Positions 1 through 1,372 of a DNA stretch of 1,372 nucleotides are shown one piece after another. Source of the DNA: a phage; sequence record OR846000.1. The stretch is one strand, 5' to 3'. The translations under genes and the position numbers were made by a program. The notes below the pieces were generated by a model. That model ran no database searches and was not told the origin of the DNA. It saw only the letters and a program-made list of their open reading frames with translations. Each line of letters begins with the position of its first letter. Within the stretch, counting starts at the first letter, position 1.

Positions 1-214
1 CTCCCTGATATATGCCATGTGGATGATCATTGATAAATTGATGTGGGGAAACCCTGTTCCTGGTTATCCTTCGCTTATGACCGCGATTCTCTTCTTAGGC
101 GGCATCCAGCTTATCGGCATAGGCATCATGGGTGAATATATCGGACGCGTTTACACGGAGGTAAAGCAAAGGCCTCGCTATATCGTGAAAAACAAAAAAA
201 CAATGATGGAATAA
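1..214 (+). CDS. gtrB: C-terminal end of a bactoprenol glucosyltransferase (GtrB-like, family-2 glycosyltransferase); 5'-partial, CDS continues upstream of the window
   Basis: The reading frame is open from position 2 (SLIYA precedes the track's Met at 17) to the TAA stop at 212-214, so the ATG at 17 is internal, not the true start. The translation ...[54 protein letters not shown] matches the characteristic C-terminal membrane anchor and GEYIGR(V/I)Y...RP.Y motif of GtrB/ArnC-type polyprenyl-phosphate glycosyltransferases. This is recognised from memory, not from a database search. Confidence 0.85.
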   Translation, partial: SLIYAMWMIIDKLMWGNPVPGYPSLMTAILFLGGIQLIGIGIMGEYIGRVYTEVKQRPRYIVKNKKTMME

Positions 215-229
215 TGATGGAATAATGAT
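203..229 (+). repeat. Perfect 11-bp tandem direct repeat (unit ATGATGGAATA, two full copies plus a 5-bp partial third) spanning the gtrB stop codon and the downstream start codon
   Basis: Read directly: 203-213 ATGATGGAATA, 214-224 ATGATGGAATA, 225-229 ATGAT. The gtrB stop TAA (212-214) is built from the end of copy 1 plus the first base of copy 2; the downstream ATG (225-227) is the first three bases of the partial third copy. Confidence 0.9.
216..221 (+). promoter_or_regulatory. Possible weak Shine-Dalgarno-like element (GATGGA) for the downstream gene; translation probably coupled to gtrB termination
   Basis: A GGA at 219-221 lies 3 nt upstream of ATG 225 and 12 nt upstream of ATG 234. 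The match to AGGAGG is poor and the spacing is not ideal for either start. The 10-nt gap between the gtrB stop and the next ATG suggests co-transcription and coupling rather than an independent strong RBS. Confidence 0.3.
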
Positions 230-1372
230 TACTATGCTCAAGATATTACCGAAAACGGCGATGATACTACTGGCTTTTTTGGCCATTTTTCTTATTGAAT
301 GGTATACCCCCATTCACTCTGATGATTACCGCTATTACCTTTTAGGAATTTCGCCGGAATCACATTTTCATCATTATATGACCTGGAGTGGCAGGATTAT
401 AGCTGATTACACCAGCGCACTTATCCTGTATACACGTTCTCAACTCGTGTATTCCATCAGCGCTGCCGTTTCGACACTGGTATTTTGTTATTTCATTGTG
501 AAGACACCCTCAGGTACATTACGCTGGAATAAATCCGACTACTTATTATTCCCACTAATATTCTTCACTTACTGGATTTCGAACCCGAATTTGGGTCAAA
601 CCACTTTCTGGATCGTTGGTGCTGCGAATTATTTGTGGACGAATCTGTTCGTTGTTGCATGGCTGTTCTTCTTTTACACCATAACAATAAAAAACAGTAA
701 AGCGATCAGCCCGTGGGTTGCATTACTAAGCTTTATGGCAGGCTGTTCCAATGAAAGCGTCTCACCTTTCGTCTCGCTTATTTCTGTTCTGGCCATTGCA
801 TACGAGTTATGGCAAAACAAATCTGTTTCGCGCAATAAGATAGTTTATAGTCTCTGTGCAATCGCAGGTTCATGCGTATTGATACTTTCTCCGGGCAATT
901 TCATCCGCGCCAGCGGCAAAGAATTCTGGTATGGAAGGCCGATTTTTGAACGTATTTTCATTCACTTAACAGAACGCGTTCATAACCATCTGGCGCTGAT
1001 CTGGATAGCTTATGTTGTTTTGTTATTGCTGGTCTTACTGGTCATATTCAATAAGCAGATTCGCGCCAAAATTGATAAAACGTCCCTTATCTGCGCTGCG
1101 TTAGTCGTATGTATAGGTATTAGCACTTCCTTAATTATGTTCGCGTCGCCGTCCTACCCCGATCGGGTTATGAACGGTACGTTTATGTTTTTCCTTTTAG
1201 CTATCTCCTTCATCGCTTACGCCCTGTTGAAAAGTGGCGTTAAGGCTGGAGTCGTCGGCGTAACTGCCGTGACTGTCCTCTGTGGTATCGTATTCCTTTG
1301 GTCCTATTCATTGATGCTTAACGGTTATAAAAAAACGGCCGGACAGGAAATCGTAAGACAAAAAATCATTAC
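225..1372 (+). CDS. Polytopic inner-membrane glycosyltransferase, most likely the serotype-specific O-antigen glucosyltransferase of a gtr cluster (GtrC / Gtr type-specific, GT-C-like); 3'-partial, continues beyond the window
   Basis: Hand translation in the frame of ATG 225 gives 382 sense codons with no stop to the window end (last complete codon 1368-1370). The protein begins MITMLKILPKTAMILLAFLAIFLIEWYTPIHSDDYRYYLLGISPESHFHHYMTWSGRIIADY... and contains about 10-11 hydrophobic segments of 16-25 residues separated by short loops (for example aa 11-26, 73-91, 106-118, 127-151, 181-196, 205-221, 254-275, 286-306, 318-335, 340-361). Its position immediately downstream of gtrB in the same orientation is the canonical gtrA-gtrB-gtr(type) arrangement. 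The start is uncertain: ATG 225, ATG 234 or ATG 261 are all in frame; 225 is the first ATG after the in-frame stop at 204-206. Family assignment is by synteny and architecture, not by a recognised named homolog. Confidence 0.7.
   Translation, partial: MITMLKILPKTAMILLAFLAIFLIEWYTPIHSDDYRYYLLGISPESHFHHYMTWSGRIIADYTSALILYTRSQLVYSISAAVSTLVFCYFIVKTPSGTLRWNKSDYLLFPLIFFTYWISNPNLGQTTFWIVGAANYLWTNLFVVAWLFFFYTITIKNSKAISPWVALLSFMAGCSNESVSPFVSLISVLAIAYELWQNKSVSRNKIVYSLCAIAGSCVLILSPGNFIRASGKEFWYGRPIFERIFIHLTERVHNHLALIWIAYVVLLLLVLLVIFNKQIRAKIDKTSLICAALVVCIGISTSLIMFASPSYPDRVMNGTFMFFLLAISFIAYALLKSGVKAGVVGVTAVTVLCGIVFLWSYSLMLNGYKKTAGQEIVRQKII

Noticed and set aside
17-19. ATG at 17 as the true start of the first plus-strand ORF (as implied by the 65-aa track entry)
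   Set aside because: The frame is open upstream to the window edge (codons from position 2 read SLIYA), and the translated segment corresponds to the extreme C-terminus of ~300-aa GtrB-type enzymes, so the real start lies upstream of the window.
150-184. Possible internal sigma-70 promoter (TTTACA at 150-155, TATATC at 179-184) that could drive the downstream gene independently
   Set aside because: The spacer between the two hexamers is about 23 bp, well outside the functional 16-18 bp range, and the -10 candidate is a poor match. The downstream gene is more simply explained as co-transcribed with gtrB.
194-200. Homopolymeric A7 tracts (194-200 near the gtrB 3' end; also 1329-1335, and A6 at 689-694 and 1360-1365 in the downstream gene) as possible slipped-strand phase-variation switches
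   Set aside because: The tracts are short for efficient slippage (phase-variable tracts are usually 8 or more) and simply reflect Lys (AAA) codons in AT-rich coding DNA. Known gtr phase variation in Salmonella is epigenetic (Dam/OxyR) and acts upstream of gtrA, not here.
95-313. 72-aa minus-strand ORF from the supplied track
   Set aside because: It lies antisense to the conserved 3' end of gtrB and across the gtrB/downstream-gene junction. It has no recognisable motif or convincing start context and a low-complexity, Ile/Ser-rich translation typical of a chance antisense frame in AT-rich coding DNA. Most likely spurious.
225-1372. Alternative identities for the long ORF: a transporter or permease (MFS, RND-like), an O-antigen polymerase or ligase (Wzy/WaaL), or a mobile element or CRISPR-associated gene
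   Set aside because: No sequence hallmarks of these were seen, and the gene context directly downstream of gtrB is better explained by a gtr modification gene. Wzy/WaaL-like proteins are also multi-helix membrane proteins and cannot be completely excluded without an HMM search. No inverted repeats, direct-repeat/spacer arrays or tRNA-like structures are visible anywhere in the window.

Overview
This 1372-bp window is the junction of two co-directional plus-strand genes of a gtr-type O-antigen glucosylation (serotype-conversion) module. Positions 1-214 encode the C-terminal ~70 residues of a GtrB-like bactoprenol glucosyltransferase, whose CDS enters from upstream of the window. After a 10-nt spacer containing an 11-bp tandem duplication, a long ORF starts at 225 and runs open to the window end (382 codons, no stop). 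It encodes a polytopic inner-membrane protein with about 10-11 hydrophobic helices, most consistent with the variable, serotype-specific Gtr glucosyltransferase. This dominant ORF is absent from the supplied ORF track, evidently because it has no stop in the window; I translated it by hand. The window is AT-rich with many rare codons, consistent with horizontally acquired, often prophage-borne DNA. I see no RNA genes, CRISPR, IS elements or convincing promoters or terminators, and no evidence of a new system: the architecture is a known one, though the specificity of the downstream transferase cannot be determined from sequence alone.
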